A stretch of DNA of 57,462 nucleotides, counting the filler, from Sphacelaria rigidula (lineage: Eukaryota): assembly GCA_964200075.2 (NCBI GenBank). It is 7 parts of 7 records of this genome, joined end to end, with 100 filler letters (N's around TTAATTAATTAA, not from the genome) between each part and the next. Parts side by side here need not be neighbours in the genome. Positions count along the whole stretch, not along the records: positions 8,225 to 16,348 come from CAXNAA020012213.1; positions 16,449 to 24,572 come from CAXNAA020012214.1; positions 24,673 to 32,795 come from CAXNAA020012215.1; 4 more parts are not named here. The stretch is one strand, 5' to 3'. Of this stretch, positions 13,356 to 27,235 are shown piece after piece; position 1 is the first letter of the stretch, and the number at the start of each line of letters is the position of its first letter. The notes beneath the pieces are model-generated. The model made no database searches, had not been told where the DNA came from, and worked only from the letters and a program-made list of their open reading frames with translations. Position numbers and translations under genes: made by a program.

Positions 13356-16348
13356 GTAGTTCGGGTTCACGTCCATTCGTTTTTTTTTGTTGCTGGCGCA
13401 CTGTAGTCCCTGCTGTCGTCGGGACGAGTCCGTGGTCTCAAGGGATAGATCCATTTCTCTCTCTCTCTCTCTCTCTCTCTCTTGAGTATTTCAGGATGAT
13501 GGGGAGTCGTTAAACGGTAGTAATAACGGATAGGCGGGATGCCACGTTGCCATGGATGTTATGACACGTCCGATCCATATGAGAAATGTTTTCCTCGCCC
13601 CCTGCCCTTCCCCATCTCCGGTATACAAAGTGGACACCCACCAAGGGGGATGGTAGGTTGATGAATTGGTCGCTTGATTGATCTTATTTCATTGAGTGTC
13701 GCGCGACAGTGACTGATCCCCGAGGGACCCAGTCGTGGTCATTATCCACACGATAGATGAATCCAAGGTAAGCAAGGCCGGAAGCATTCGCTCGAGCGCA
13801 AAATTGCGTAAACTGAACAAACCGCAAGACAAAGCACAGAAAGAATAAAAAATAATAAAGACAGTGAACATAGACGGGCGGGAGAGGAGAACGGCAAGGA
13901 AAACTAATCTCAATGAAACAGTTCATAGGTGAAGTAGTAACCAACAAGAAAATACTGGTCCCTTCAGCATGGCGTCAGGTGAAGGAGTTGCGAAAGTTCC
14001 CTGAGAAACGCCGCGAAATATAGTTCGAAACCGCACTATTCGGACATGAATGCTCACCCACGAGCTCTACAAACGCGAGGCACAAGCACTACTACACTGC
14101 CGTATGTATGGAGCCGAAAAAAAATGACAAAGCGAAACAAAACGAGACTAAACCAAACAACGGTCGGGAAGAAAGAAAGAAAAAGAGAGGGAAAGAGAAA
14201 GAGACGCAGCGGGGGAAAAGGGAAATAAGGGGACAAAGAACATATTGAACGCAAGGACGCAGTGGAACATATGTATTCAAGGAAACAGATAGTTCTGATG
14301 GTTAAGGTTGCAAGGATAGGGAAAAATACGAACAACCGATGAGGTGGGACAGTATAAATCCTTGAATCCTTGATCCTAACCTCAGTCCTAACCCTGACCC
14401 TTCTCGAAGCTTTCCACAAAGTTCACACGGGACACCTGAAAAATGACAACAGACCAGAACCATGCCTCCCTCCCTTGTTAAATCTCTCTCAAATAAATAT
14501 CGGTCTTGTCAGTGAAGGAGCAACTTACGTTGCTTCAGAAAGATCTAAATCGTTGAGATATTTCGAGGCATTCCGAGTATTCTTTTGGTGTGCAGTACTA
14601 CAGCGCAAAGCGCTCTTCTTTACACATTGAGCATCACCTCGGAATCACTCAAGAATGTTTCAACCTGACGATGTCCGAAAATGAAGCAAGTCATCGGAGG
14701 TTAAAATCCACATGCAAGATAATCAGTACGCTCCGGGCCAAACTATATTTGTACAGTGTATCTCACCCTTTGTGTGACTCGTCGAACACATCACGGTGCT
14801 CCGCGCTTGATGATTTCAAGCCTGGTCCGGTGAACCCCGGCGAGCTACGTCCCGGCTTCGTGGGGATGCGAAGCCAATGGTCTTATGACTGCGGCATGCA
14901 AGATCATGAGTACACCCGCTCCCCTCTACCACGGGAAAAATATGTACTCGCGAGAGATCAAGGCATATCCCCCCCGACACCTACATTTATCTTGCGTTTC
15001 TGGCATTGAAGTATCGACATCCCCGCAACCCGTCGCCTTTCGCCAAAATATTTTGTTTTGCGCCTTGCTCTGCGCGTACAGACTTCATAGACAACCCCTG
15101 ACAATCCAACGTGCCGATGCAAATTTCCCGTGCGACATATACTGCATATTGACTCTCATCGAGGATAGCTCAAGACAGATACTAGATACTTCGAAGTATA
15201 TGCACATCACATCACATCACATCACATCATATTTATCAGGGTCACGGTTTTCATCGTCGTCATTTTCGAATGAAGACGGTACTGTTGCCCTTGCAAGAGC
15301 CGCCATGGTGATAATTAAAAGCTGTGGGAGAAATGAATGTATATATATATATATACCATTTCGCCGTAATTCTCCTTCGAGAAGCGGGCAGTTGTCCTGC
15401 GAACCAGTGGGTGCTCACTGGCAAAAAGGCCAAATGTCTGCTGCTCGAGCGAAACGATATGGGGTGTGGAGCATCCCGGTACGATCGTATTAGGACTCTC
15501 CGGTCTCCACACTGCCCGCAGACCTCACGGGTCACATGTCAATCTACACCGGCAATCGATCGCCTTGGGGCTCGAATGCTCGATCTCTTGTCCCGCATGC
15601 GGACATTTTGACCATTGACGCACGAGTGAGCGTTCAATAAATCAAACCTCACAGATGTCCGCTTCTTGAACGAATGATGTGGGGTTTGATGCCCACCGTG
15701 ATCGATTGGAAGCGGAATTTTGATCCTGAACGGACAGGCTTGCGACGGGCTGGGGGCTCCGAAGATTACTCATGTGTCATGCGGGGATGGAGCACGCACC
15801 ACATCTTTTAACCTTTGAAGCATTAAGCGCTTGCGGATTCAAGGATCGCATACCCGCTTCGTGACCGAATCCTCGGACGGGTTTAGCGGAGTTTTCTCGC
15901 CGTTTTGCGGGTGAACAGAAACTCTGCTTGCGAAAATGCTTTCCAGTGGTGATACTCTTCGGCGTGAGTTCTCGATTTTTCGAATTGGGGTTGAACTCTC
16001 ATAGTGTTCAACCCCCAAAATTAGAATTGGCTGCTGGATTGTGATCCACTCTGGTCATCACACCGAGATTCACATGTTGAACGCAACAGCTTTCCAGCAC
16101 AATCAAGCAGCTTCGGAAGCGGACTCGACGCCCCGTAAGCGGGTTATTCTGCACGGCGAGTAACCAAGTTGTGTTGTCTATGCTCCACACCCCTACGGGC
16201 TAGACACGGCATCATAGAGCTCGAGATGGCCCAGTATTTCTTGGGAGCACATGGCGTTATCATCAGGGTAGGCTCGGATTTCCCCGGGCCGAGAGTGGTA
16301 CCCTGAACAGCCAATCATCTATGTTGAGGATGGTGCTTTTGATTGAGG

Positions 16349-16448
16349 NNNNNNNNNNNNNNNNNNNNNNNNNNNNNNNNNNNNNNNNNNNNTTAATTAA
16401 TTAANNNNNNNNNNNNNNNNNNNNNNNNNNNNNNNNNNNNNNNNNNNN
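16349..16448. other. Artificial contig spacer
   Basis: N44-TTAATTAATTAA-N44. Confidence 0.99.
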
Positions 16449-17038
16449 GGTCAATGGTCAAACGACTGAGGTAAGCAACAAATGCGTCCCCCCCCCCCTC
16501 CTCCCCCCCCACCGACGTATTTCTTGCGGTCGCGCTCGTCTGCAACTGGTTCAAGGGTCGGACGAACCAATGATTCGTCCGGAAATTACTTGATTCTAGT
16601 GTAATTGATTCGTACCGTACGAATCAATCCTTAAGCTTTGTTTTCAGCGTCGCAACCCAGGTAGGCGCAGCCCAGGCACGAAAAATGCTTGCTGCAAACG
16701 TTGCGTGGAGACCTGTTTGACCAGCGGTCGATTTTTTCCCTCTCTTTCGAGCAATCAGGTCTAAGAAATCGTGGATTTGGTGATTCAAACCGGCCATGAT
16801 TCGTCCGAACCGTGAACTGGCTCAACTGTGCCCATCTAGACAAAAGGCGAGCACCGCCGTGCGTTTTTTGTGTCTTGATCCCTTTGAAACTGCCTGCGGC
16901 GTTAATCTGTGCAAATCGTACCCTTAGATAGCACCTTCGCTCTTCGCTGGCAACAACCGACCGCCCCCCGGTAGTGAAGTGGGATTTCTGCAAGGTACGA
17001 GCACATGAAGCCGCCGCATACACGGTAAGGTCGCTCAC

Positions 17039-17122
17039 CTCTGGGAAGAGGGTAGCCGCGATGACGTCTAGAGCCCGAGCGAACTGCACATAGTTGATGG
17101 TCTTTTCTTCCTTGTCCTTGGC
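17039..17122 (-). CDS. Exon, C-terminal half of a p25-alpha/TPPP domain
   Basis: CAG|AKDKEEKTINYVQFARALDVIAATLFPE|GTGAGC; 84 bp, phase 0-0; continues TDVDLIFTR of the exon at 22224-22368. Confidence 0.85.
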
Positions 17123-19249
17123 CTGCCGGCGACAAGTCGACCACGAGAGGGTCATCGAGGAAGCAATAGAAATTCACAGTAACGATCTTGTCGGCAAGAT
17201 AGGGGTGCGGTGATGACCGTCAATGTCAGACCAATGGGACGGCGACAAAAACCGTAAAATATGCATCGTGTTGACGAAAGAACGCAAGGTTAGCCAGGCG
17301 TTCGGTCGAGGACACTTACCACTCATATTGCAGACGGGGGGGCGCGCGGGGGGGGGGAGGGGGGCAATCATACTCGGGCACTTAGATCAGACACATCAGA
17401 TCGGCTGCAGGCGAGGTCCGTTGTGATGTTGCTGGGGGTGTATCTTGAGCTGCACGCATCGCATACGCAGCCCTACACCTCGCTCGATACTACCGAAGAA
17501 TCAGCGCCGAAGAGACCATGTCGACCTTTGACACGGCTGCTGTATAGCTGGTAATGTGCAGCGTTGCTCTGGTCATCAATCAGAGGGAAAGAGAGTCATA
17601 CTACGATGGAAAGAAGAGGGGGGAGGGGGACTATTCCACGAAGAAGAGGCTCATCGGTGTGTCAGACGATCTAACACAGACGTGGTGCACTTGTATTTCG
17701 GTGAAAACGTTATCAAGCAGTGTTAAGGAGCGTTATTTGTCGGTAACAAGCGCTTCTGAATAACCGTTGCTGCTTTCAACGGCGATTTCAAGTAGAATTT
17801 CGGGGAAGAAATGGCCCAAAATTCTCCCCCCCCCCCTCGTCGCATGAGAATGACCTCCATGGAGGAAAGTAACCAGTACAACAAGAGGGCAAAAAGATAG
17901 AAGATACGTGGGACGCCTGGATGGTCCACCACGAGGATCTCATGGCACAAATATGGGGTACTTGTGTTAAAGGTGTTGAACTTGGCTTCAGGCTTTGAGC
18001 CCGTGTTGGAGGCATTATTTAGTGTCGGTGAGCCAGCAAAAGAACTGAAAGGAACCAGACCCCCAACAAGTACTAGGGTTGGGATATCCCAGTGCCTTGA
18101 CTGCATCCCACCACAACAATCAACACGGACAGGTTGGAGATACTCTCGAAAGAGATCGAGAGAGAGACGGTAGGGAAGGGCGGATGGAGAAGTAAAGAAT
18201 GGAACGGCCAAGTACTAGTATTGCTGGTACTCGGAGTCTGTAGCGATATGACGAGAATAGTTAAAAGGCAAATGCAATGGAGTTGGACTGCACTGTTTGG
18301 CAGCAGGAAAAGTAGAAAGGGAGGAGAAATAGCGTTGTGAACTGGTTTGGCTAACCAGTTAACTGCTTGCAAAAAAATACAACCAGTCACAGTCATCAGT
18401 TAAAACTGAATAACTAGCGGCGAAGCCGCCCCCTGACTCCGCCAGCGTTGCCTGGCAAGGTAGCACGGCGTAGTCGCGTGAATGGCCCCCCTCGGCTGGT
18501 GAGGGGGCCTCGCCGGAGGCACGAAAATTACACCATTTGGCTTCACATCTCTTCAAAATAGCGGGAAATTCTAGCCACCTAGTGCCAGCCATTCAAGCGC
18601 TTAATCGGTGCACAAAAACATATATGTGTAGGGGAAAAGGAAATATCACTGAACTTTGCGACGTGAATTCAAAAAACGAAAGCGGTGACAGAGTAGTGCA
18701 GCATACACAGCGTTCCGCGTGTACCACCCAAGCGCCGGGAACTACTAGTAGCACAACAGCTTGGTGGCGTTATTGAGTGTGACTTCATCAGCCAGGAAAA
18801 TTTAGCAGAAATCTCCACTCTTTCTCATGCTTCGGTATCATATTGACCAGCCACTACTGAACGCTTAGAGCTTGATGCTGACAGAATGAAGCAAAGCACA
18901 GACAACAACGATACATAACGCAGTCTTGCTTCACATTTCAGATCCGCTCAATCAACCACTGTCTGTGTCCAATGTCTAGTTTTTTATTTTATAATATCTT
19001 GTCTGCGATATTCTTGTCTACGGCCAGCTGTGTGCACTGTGCGGTCATCTACTCTCCTCTGTAACAGTGTCCCCACGGTCATTGTAGTACGACAACACTT
19101 GAGAAACATTGACTTGAGTATTACACATATGTGCATAGAACACTTTGGGGTACATATGTCGGGTGAAATAACTGGTTAAACTGGTTACAAAACCGATCCG
19201 TTAACCACTTGTACCAGTTAACTGTAACCCGAGACACGCTAAAACAGAG

Positions 19250-22030
19250 AGCGAGCAAGGAGTGGGAAAGGATAGAGACAAGTAAGGTGTTGGCATGGGT
19301 TAGAAGGGCAAGACGGAGAGTATGCATAGCCAATGGAACAACAAAACTAGGACGTAATCCACGGGTAAAGGGAGGGAGAGAGGCAAGAACGGGTAAGTGC
19401 CCGGAAGGGGAAGGGAAGAGGGCATAGCGATCCGCAGCAAATAGACGAAACCCAACGCGGAAACGGGAAGAACAATCAAGCAAGGGAAAGTAAAAGTAAA
19501 AATGATGTAGAGAGAACAGTAGACAACACGAGAGCAGATGATAATTCGAAAAGGAAGTTGAGAGTAGGATCGTGGAACGTGCTTGGATTCGCCACAGACA
19601 AGTGCAAAATAATATAAATAGCGCAACAAGTAAGCAAACACGACCTAGATATAGAAAGAGGGGGCGGGAAAAGGATGCAAAGCTGAAGAGTGCGTATGGG
19701 TTGGGAATCCAAGAGCAGGGGGGCGGGGAGAGTAGGGTTGTTAGTCAAGGAATATCTGTGTGACAGTATAAAAGTGACCGACGACACGAAATTTGACGAG
19801 AGCATATGGATAAGGGTACTAGGAGAGCGGGGAGCGAAGTATTTTGTCTATAGAGAACATCTGCATACCCCCAGAATCGAAGAGTAGGTTGAACGATATA
19901 CAACTGAGGTTTGGAGGGATAGCAACAGATGTATACAAGTACAAAAGGCAAGGAGGAGTAATGTTAGTGGGAGATTTTAATGCAAGGGTAGAAAGAGCAG
20001 GTCAACCGGATGATATGATCGGGGCATACGGGGAAGATAAGAAGAACACGAATGGGGTAAAAATGCTGAAGTTCTTTGAGACTAACGAACGCTGAACGAT
20101 AGAGCACAAAAGCCAGAGGCGCAATGTACATGGACTAGGATATGCAAAGACAAGAGGGAACGCTCCATTCTTAACTATATAGTGGTAGAGCATGGAAATA
20201 GTAAATATATGAAAGTAAATGTATGCGGGGAGGACGTGGAAACCACAGATCATTGCCTAACATGGACAGAAAGCTAACAAAAGAGAGCTACAGAAAATAG
20301 GCGGGGTAGGAATTCGAACGAATGGAGAATCGATTAACTAGATATGGAAGAAAAACAGCAGGAGTTTCAAGAAGAGGTGGCAAAAAATGAACTGAAATTA
20401 TCCGAGCTGTTGGAACACGTGGGAACAGTTGATACCGAAATGGAAAAAAAATCGGGCAGGAGCAAAGATTATAGAAGGATAGAAGCAGATGGTCAAGAAC
20501 ACAGCAAGTAAAGTCATAGGGAGGAAACTGATCGTATGCAACAGAGCAGTAAAATGGTGGGATGGGGACGTGAAAGAGAGTCTATCAGAGTAAGGAGAGG
20601 CCCACGCGAGGTGGATGTCGAACAAAAGTACGGTTGGATTGGAGGAGTATACTAAAGCTCAAAAGGAAGTAAGAAGATGGTGCAGGAGAAAAAGAAGGAA
20701 GTTTGGAAAGGTGTAGTGAATAAAACAGATGAACATTTCGACGGCGGGACGAGACAGATATGGGTAGGGATAAAAGTGATTATGGAAACCCAGGGAAGAA
20801 AGCTAGACAACGGGATAGCCAGACTCCGGGCACGGAATGGTAAAATGGTCAGTAGTTCGAAGGAGAAGATACAAGTCCTAGTCGAGCACTACCGTAAACT
20901 TGAGGTACCAAAACCTAACAGGACGTTCGACGCGGAATTCGAAATAGAAATCAACCCGTGGGCAGAGGCAAACGTAGAGACGTCAAAGCGGGAGGATAGT
21001 GGCTCGAGAGAATTGCAGAGAGATTTACTAGGCATGAAGGAGAGGAATGCGTAGCAAAACTCAAGAACAAAAAGGCAGCAGGAGCAGACGAAATAGTTAA
21101 TGAACTTCTAAAGTAAGGGAGAGAGGGAATGATTACCATGATGGTTATGCTGTATAACTGGATCTGGGAAACGAGTACACACCCAAGAGGTGGAGAGAAG
21201 GAGCAGTCGTCAACCTTTTCAAAAAAGGAGACAAGGCCGACCCAGGAATTGATGGACGGAAAACGCTACTAAACATGGTAGGGAAAACATTCTGTAATAT
21301 TATGAACGATAGAGTAGGAACGATGCTAGAAAAGGAAGACAAAATCGGCGAGGGGCAAGCAGGATTTAGGCCAAACCGTAGTTGCATAGACCATGTGTGC
21401 AGACTAGGTAAGATTATTCAGGGTATGAAAGACACCGGGCTGGCAACGTACCGTTTCTTTCTGGTCGTACGAACGGCTCATGACACAGTATGGAGAAATG
21501 GGTTGTGGAAAAACTTGTGGAAAGCTGGGATCAGAGGAAAGATGCGGAGAATGGTGAAGATGACATAATGTGCCAAAAGTGCTATGATATTAGACGGGGA
21601 AATATCGCAATATTTTGATATTTTACAAGGAGTTGCACAAGGACGTATGTTATAACCCACTTTGTTCAAGGTGTTTATCAATGACCTGATGTTAGCAATA
21701 AAAGCAGCAAAGCAAGAAGTCAAGGTGGGTGAAGATATGGTATCAGGATTGATGTCCGAGCGCTAGAGTACACTAAGAAATGGAGAGTGACAGCGAACAT
21801 TAAAAAATGCGCGGTACTCTTATGTAACGAAGATAAGAAGAATCCGGTAGACTTCAAATGGAAGTGGGGAGAAGAAAATCTGTCGATCGTAGACCAGCAT
21901 ACATATCTTGGTTTAGAGATCTCAAGACACTGTCCTTGGAATGCACACAAAAATAAAGTAGTAGGAAAGCGTAAGACACAGATTGATCCTCAGAGACCCG
22001 CACCTAGATACTAGGATTAAGAGATGTATC
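19250..22030 (+). mobile_element. Decayed LINE (APE endonuclease + reverse transcriptase), antisense within an intron
   Basis: Motifs LRVGSWNV, VMLVGDFNARV, GADEIVNELLK, NLFKKGDKADP, EGQAGFRPNRSCIDHV, DTVWRNGLW, GVAQG, VFINDL, YLGL; many stops and frameshifts; the FADD catalytic motif appears deleted near 21750; ends approximate. Confidence 0.93.
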
Positions 22031-22223
22031 CCGATGAAAAAGATACTCCGTTTTAACTACATTTGTAAATGAAACCCAGCCTTACTAATGATGACCCCCC
22101 TTCAGTGAACATCTCGACTTCTTGGCGGTCGTCGGTTCGACGCAGCTACGCCAGCAAAGGCACCGGTGCAAGGCTGGATCACCACATCCCCACACCACAC
22201 AGGCAATTGGAACCATTCCGTAC

Positions 22224-22368
22224 CCGTGTAAAGATGAGATCGACATCGGTACTGCGAAAGTTTGGTCCGAATATCCCTGGTGTGCCGGTGAATAGCTTCG
22301 CAAACGCTCTTCCGTCAAGCCGGTAGACGTTCGAGCCGTCATCTGCCTTCCGCTTGGCCGCGAGTTTC
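22224..22368 (-). CDS. Exon, N-terminal half of a p25-alpha/TPPP domain
   Basis: Pyrimidine tract+CAG acceptor, CGG|GTACGG donor; KLAAKRKADDGSNVYRLDGRAFAKLFTGTPGIFGPNFRSTDVDLIFTR resembles the TPPP consensus MDGKNFAKLCKD...TDVDIVFSKVK. Confidence 0.85.
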
Positions 22369-22813
22369 CTGAGGAGACGAGAGCGAGACGAACCCACAGC
22401 CTCAAGGAGGAGCCAAATAGCAAACAAAACACGAATCGAATACCAACACAGATTGAAGGCGAATCAACAGCGCGATAGAGAGCCTGAATCTCAGGGGAAA
22501 AGGGGTTCAGTTGCCTCTACCACTACATACGTGGCCATATTTTTTCATGCCATCGCTGTTCAGATATTTTTCCGTGCGTTGACACGGCAGGATGGGGTAT
22601 TGGTTCCACTGAAGCCAAACGCTTCCCCTGCCCCGTAAAATGGTGTCGTTGCTTTTCGTGCACCCCGATAACCGCAATGAAAACCAGACGAACATGGACC
22701 CGTAAAACGTGTTTGCAGATCTGATCGTCCTTCCGACCGCAATGAAATTGGAACGCGGACATAGTTCCCGCCCCACTGGACATATTGTTTTGCAGCTAGC
22801 TGTACAGACCTAC

Positions 22814-22879
22814 CTGAATATGAACTGTGTCACTCCGTCTCCCCGACAATTTGACGCAGCCGCACCTTCTACGATCACC
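22814..22879 (-). CDS. 66-bp internal exon of the IQ-like/p25-alpha gene
   Basis: CTCAG acceptor, CAG|GTAGG donor; phase 2-2 reading VIVEGAAASNCRGDGVTQFIFR fits both neighbours. Confidence 0.55.
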
Positions 22880-23571
22880 CTGAGCACCAACACGTCGAAG
22901 AGGCATGCACAGAGGTGTACATGCTGGTTTATATCGTGTTAGGGGATGGATTCGGCGAGGGCGGCGGGCGCTGACTTGCTGGACATCCTGTGTCGACCCT
23001 CAGTCAGTAGAGTTATGGTGAAATTGGTGAGCCAACCTACATGCTAGACTCTTCACGCTGATGCCTCGAGAGATACCGTACGATTATAATTGAGGTCAGC
23101 CTGAAGGGAAATCACAAATTTCCTGATTACCCTGTAGCAATGTCAGCACAAATTCATCGTTCTGCCCGTAAAAACCGGACAGGCATAGTTTGCTTGTGGG
23201 CGATCGAAACAGTTTCTGATCATACTGTATCAGACGGCAAAAAAACTCATCTCGCGTCACATTCGGAACGTCATCAGGGAGAAACCTCATGGGTTTGATC
23301 GAGTCAAAAGCCTCATTCTACCGCGAACATGGAGCCGGTGATGTGTTGGTGTTTCGCGGAAAAGGTACCAGTTTTTGTGGGTGGTAAGTCACAGGCTGCG
23401 CTGGTAGGGCTAGCTTCGCTTGCACTACACGTACTTATGCCTCGAATGTCGGGTTTAAAACGTACTTACGCTGTTCCGAATAAAGGACTCGATACAGAGT
23501 TGAAAGCATGCACGATAAATGGTTTTCACATGACCACTTTTGCGCAAGTGCAGATGGAGTTTATTAAATAC

Positions 23572-23768
23572 CTGAGGCGGGCGCGCTCCGAGCAAAACCT
23601 GGCCATCTCCCTAGCCATGGTCATCCACTCGTCCTCAATCTGACGATTCGTCACCAGCCTGCGGAGCCTCTGCTTTGCGAGGAACCGGCGGCCAGCAGAT
23701 TGTACCTTCCTCGCCGGGGCTGCAGTCGTCACCGCTTCGTGCCTCATGCGCGCCGCAAGTGCTCGCGC
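23572..23768 (-). CDS. Exon with IQ-like motif, same gene as the p25-alpha exons
   Basis: AACAG acceptor, CAG|GTATTT donor (phase 2); ARKVQSAGRRFLAKQRLRR is IQ-like. Confidence 0.65.
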
Positions 23769-24572
23769 CTGTTCGCATATTCGGGTCAAAATGGATGGCG
23801 TGAGGTACGGAGTAGTAGAAATCGCTTCCGAAACAGTGAGGTTATGACATCACTGTGATGGTGCGTCAGAAAATCCTGCTTAGTTACAAGTATGATATTT
23901 ATAAGCACATACAACCGCTTCAGGGTCATGTATTCATAGGTATTGCTCTGCTTCGAGCCCGAGTGCGGCAGGGGGGGTGTACTCGTGATCTTGCATATCA
24001 TAGTTGTATGGCCATTGACCTCGCATCCCTACAAAGCCGGGACGGAGCACGCCGGGTTTTCGCCGGACGAGGCTCGCAATCAATCACCAAGCGCGAAGTG
24101 CCGTGATGTGTTCGATGAGTCGCATGAAGGGTAAGCTGCATCCTGCTCAGATCGTTCATCCTAAAGCCTACTAATTATCTTGCATGAGCATCGCAGCAAC
24201 AATGAGTTGCTTCATTGTCTGTTATCGCCACCTCCAGAGACAGTCACGAGTTTCATACTGCCTCATGGATGTCTCACCATGTAAACACTATGTGATATAA
24301 TCATTCTCTTTGCGTGGAGTCGAGTTTCTCCCATCGCGTGCAACATGATCTGATGCGACCACCATCATGCTCACCGCACAAAAACCGCAAGCGCGCAAAA
24401 CAAATCGGTATCCTGATTGCCTAGCTTTCGCAATGAGTGGCGTATTTTACAGCATCATTGCCAGCCGACGCCAACGCCATAAGGGGAGTGGAGTAGGTGG
24501 GGGTGTACTCATTATCATGCATGCCATAGTCATGGGACCATTGACCTCGCATCCCGACCAAGCCGGGACGGA

Positions 24573-24672
24573 NNNNNNNNNNNNNNNNNNNNNNNNNNNN
24601 NNNNNNNNNNNNNNNNTTAATTAATTAANNNNNNNNNNNNNNNNNNNNNNNNNNNNNNNNNNNNNNNNNNNN
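24573..24672. other. Artificial contig spacer
   Basis: N44-TTAATTAATTAA-N44. Confidence 0.99.
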
Positions 24673-25237
24673 TCGTTTTGGTCGCCAGCGAGGTAAGTGT
24701 TGTGTTGGGTTTCCCCCTTCCAACAAGGGAACCCCCCCCCCCCCCCCCCCCCGGACTTTCCAGTAATATACGTGTACAACAAAACTGTCCGCGCCTGCTT
24801 GCAAAGCAAGGCAAAACCTTGACCGACCGTCATCACCCTCCACGTGGGCTTCCTTTCGGAATAAAATCGAAACTAGAGGGGGGCGTTTGGGTCCCCGTTA
24901 ACGCGTAACCTAGTGTTCATGCTACCATTTACCCCGTGGACAACACCACACAACCGTAAGAAGCTACATTTCTAGGCTTTGCTGCTCCGTCGAGTAGCGC
25001 TGCTACTTCTCTATCGCGGATTTCGAAGTACTTTGCCCCCAACAACTGGAATTCCTGCAGTTGTCTCAGTTGTGCCTCGTTCGACATGGCCAGTGAGACA
25101 CCGAAACACTCTAGGATACCGCATGCCAGCGAAGTAGGGACCACCGCACGGATTCATTGCTGTATTTTCTTGCTGTCAACATTCTTCAGCAGACAATCCA
25201 TACCCACATGGAATGTACGGCAGCATGTCGCACACAC

Positions 25238-25435
25238 CTCATTTTCCTGGCACATGGCGATGGCTCCAGTAACCAACAGCTCCTCAGCATCATCAAGCTT
25301 GGACTGCGCCTTGAATCTCGAGTAAGATGTTTTGTACAGCTGCAACGCCTCGTAGTAGTCTCCTTCGGACACTCGCTGCTGCAGCCGCTGCGCAACGTCT
25401 AACGTCTTGCCGCCTGCCTTTCGCCTTCGCGACAT
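25238..25435 (-). CDS. GET4: Exon 1 of Golgi to ER traffic protein 4 homolog
   Basis: MSRRRKAGGKTLDVAQRLQQRVSEGDYYEALQLYKTSYSRFKAQSKLDDAEELLVTGAIAMCQENE|GTGTGT; matches the GET4 N-terminal GxYYEAxQxYRTxxxR motif; 198 bp. Confidence 0.85.
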
Positions 25436-27235
25436 ACTTTCGAGTTTCTATCTCGTTCACTGCACCTCTTTCGAGCACAATGGGGTACCCGTGTTCGTTG
25501 TAACAAAGATGTCTTGTGTGGGTGCGGCCGCGCGGCGCAGAGACTCCATCACCGCTCATATACGCAAAAATCAGTAGTCATCTCTCACTATTGCGTTTGG
25601 ATTTTCGCTCTGTGTGGTGTGTGGTGTCTACTTGTATTGATTTGTGATGGTAATGTAACGTCTGAAGTTTTGAAAGACACAATTGCTGATGAGGGAATTG
25701 TGGGTTTGAAATGTCATTTTCATAGCTTGTGAATTCGACTGCGGAGGCTCCGGGGGCGGGGGCAGCCTTGTCATCCTTTGACTGTGGGTCTGAAATGCTA
25801 TGAAATCCAAAAGTGGGTCTATATCTATCGGATTATCCAGCGTATATTAACGGATATAGCTAAATCCGTGACGGCAAGGGCGCTTCATATTGATTTGAAG
25901 CCTCTGTTCACTACCGTGCGTCTTCTTGCTCCTGGTCTGCATCCCTCCTGTACTGTGTACTGCTTGCAAGTACCCGGGACTGTCTGTGCTGCATGCAGAG
26001 GGGCAGCTAGGCAGAACACAGACCCTCGGATATAAGCCCCCACTCGGCTTCCATTTTGCGACGGCGATTGCTCGGAGGGGGAACAGCAAAGAAAGGAAGA
26101 AAGAGCAGAGCAAAGCCCCACACTGAAGGAAGGAGATACACGAAAGAGGATTTTTTGAGAGTACCAACCTTCTTCGGGCTCATATTTTTATATTCGGAAT
26201 CGTCGCCAGGGGTAGTGCGGTGGCGCTGTGGACGGGGGGGGCGGGAGGGTGAAGGAAAGCTTGGAGAAATACGCCAATTGGAAAAGGGTACCGGTCAAAG
26301 CAAGCGAGGTGCGCGAATAAGGCAAAGGTGGTGCAGTTGTCATTGCTGTTCTTTCCTCGAGAGAGCCGGGAGAAGGGCGGGGCTGCGTAGCGTTCGCAAT
26401 CTGCTTCGTACCCAAAAAGAGGAAGACGGATGATCATATTTCGGGGGTTTTCGTACAGACAGCCCGGTACTAGAGACGAGATGTACGCTACATTATAGAA
26501 CATTCCACCACGACCCCATCGGTGAGCACCCCCTGTGTTTCGTTATGATGGAATCCGGGAAGGATTCGAGTTCGAGGCGAGGGTATCGTTGGCCGAATGA
26601 GGTGTTGCTGTCTCGTGTGTGACGGATTGATGATAGAATCGAAGACCAACTCCCTGTCTCTCTGTCTCTCCGCCTCTCCCACCTATTTGTGTTGTGTGTG
26701 TTCAACTGTGTCGTCGTTCTAGCCTGCCTGCATCAGGAGGACTGTCGTTGCGTCTCTACTGTTGTTGCACGATAGTTGTGCATTTGATCTTTGAGCATCG
26801 TGCAAGAGACACGAAGCGATCGCAAATACGATTGATGCTCTTTGCGTTCTCTATCCTCTTCTCACATACCCCCCCCCCCCCCTCCTGCTCCCCATAATGT
26901 TGTTGCCTTTGCACAATGTATTTGAGTCTTGTGAGTGCCGTCTGGTGTATATTGGCCGGGGCGGGGGGGAAGCTGGTACTTGTCAGACAGTAGTTGCCAT
27001 CCTTTTCTCGACTACCTACACCCCAATTTTAAAAAATCCCAATGTACTCCTTCCATCATAGTATCACTTCGCTCCCTCCCTGTCTATCCTACACACTGTC
27101 TGTCCTACACCACTGTACTATATCATTGCGGTACTGTTGTCTTTTTCATGTCCTGGCTCTACTGTACTGACTTTTCTGTACTCCAATGTTTTCGAGCGCA
27201 GACGGTTGGTTGAAAGGCCCGTTTTGAAACCACAG

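Noticed and set aside
23572-25435. GET4 exon 1 spliced to the IQ/p25-alpha exons as a fusion gene
   Set aside because: Separated by an artificial spacer between unrelated contigs.
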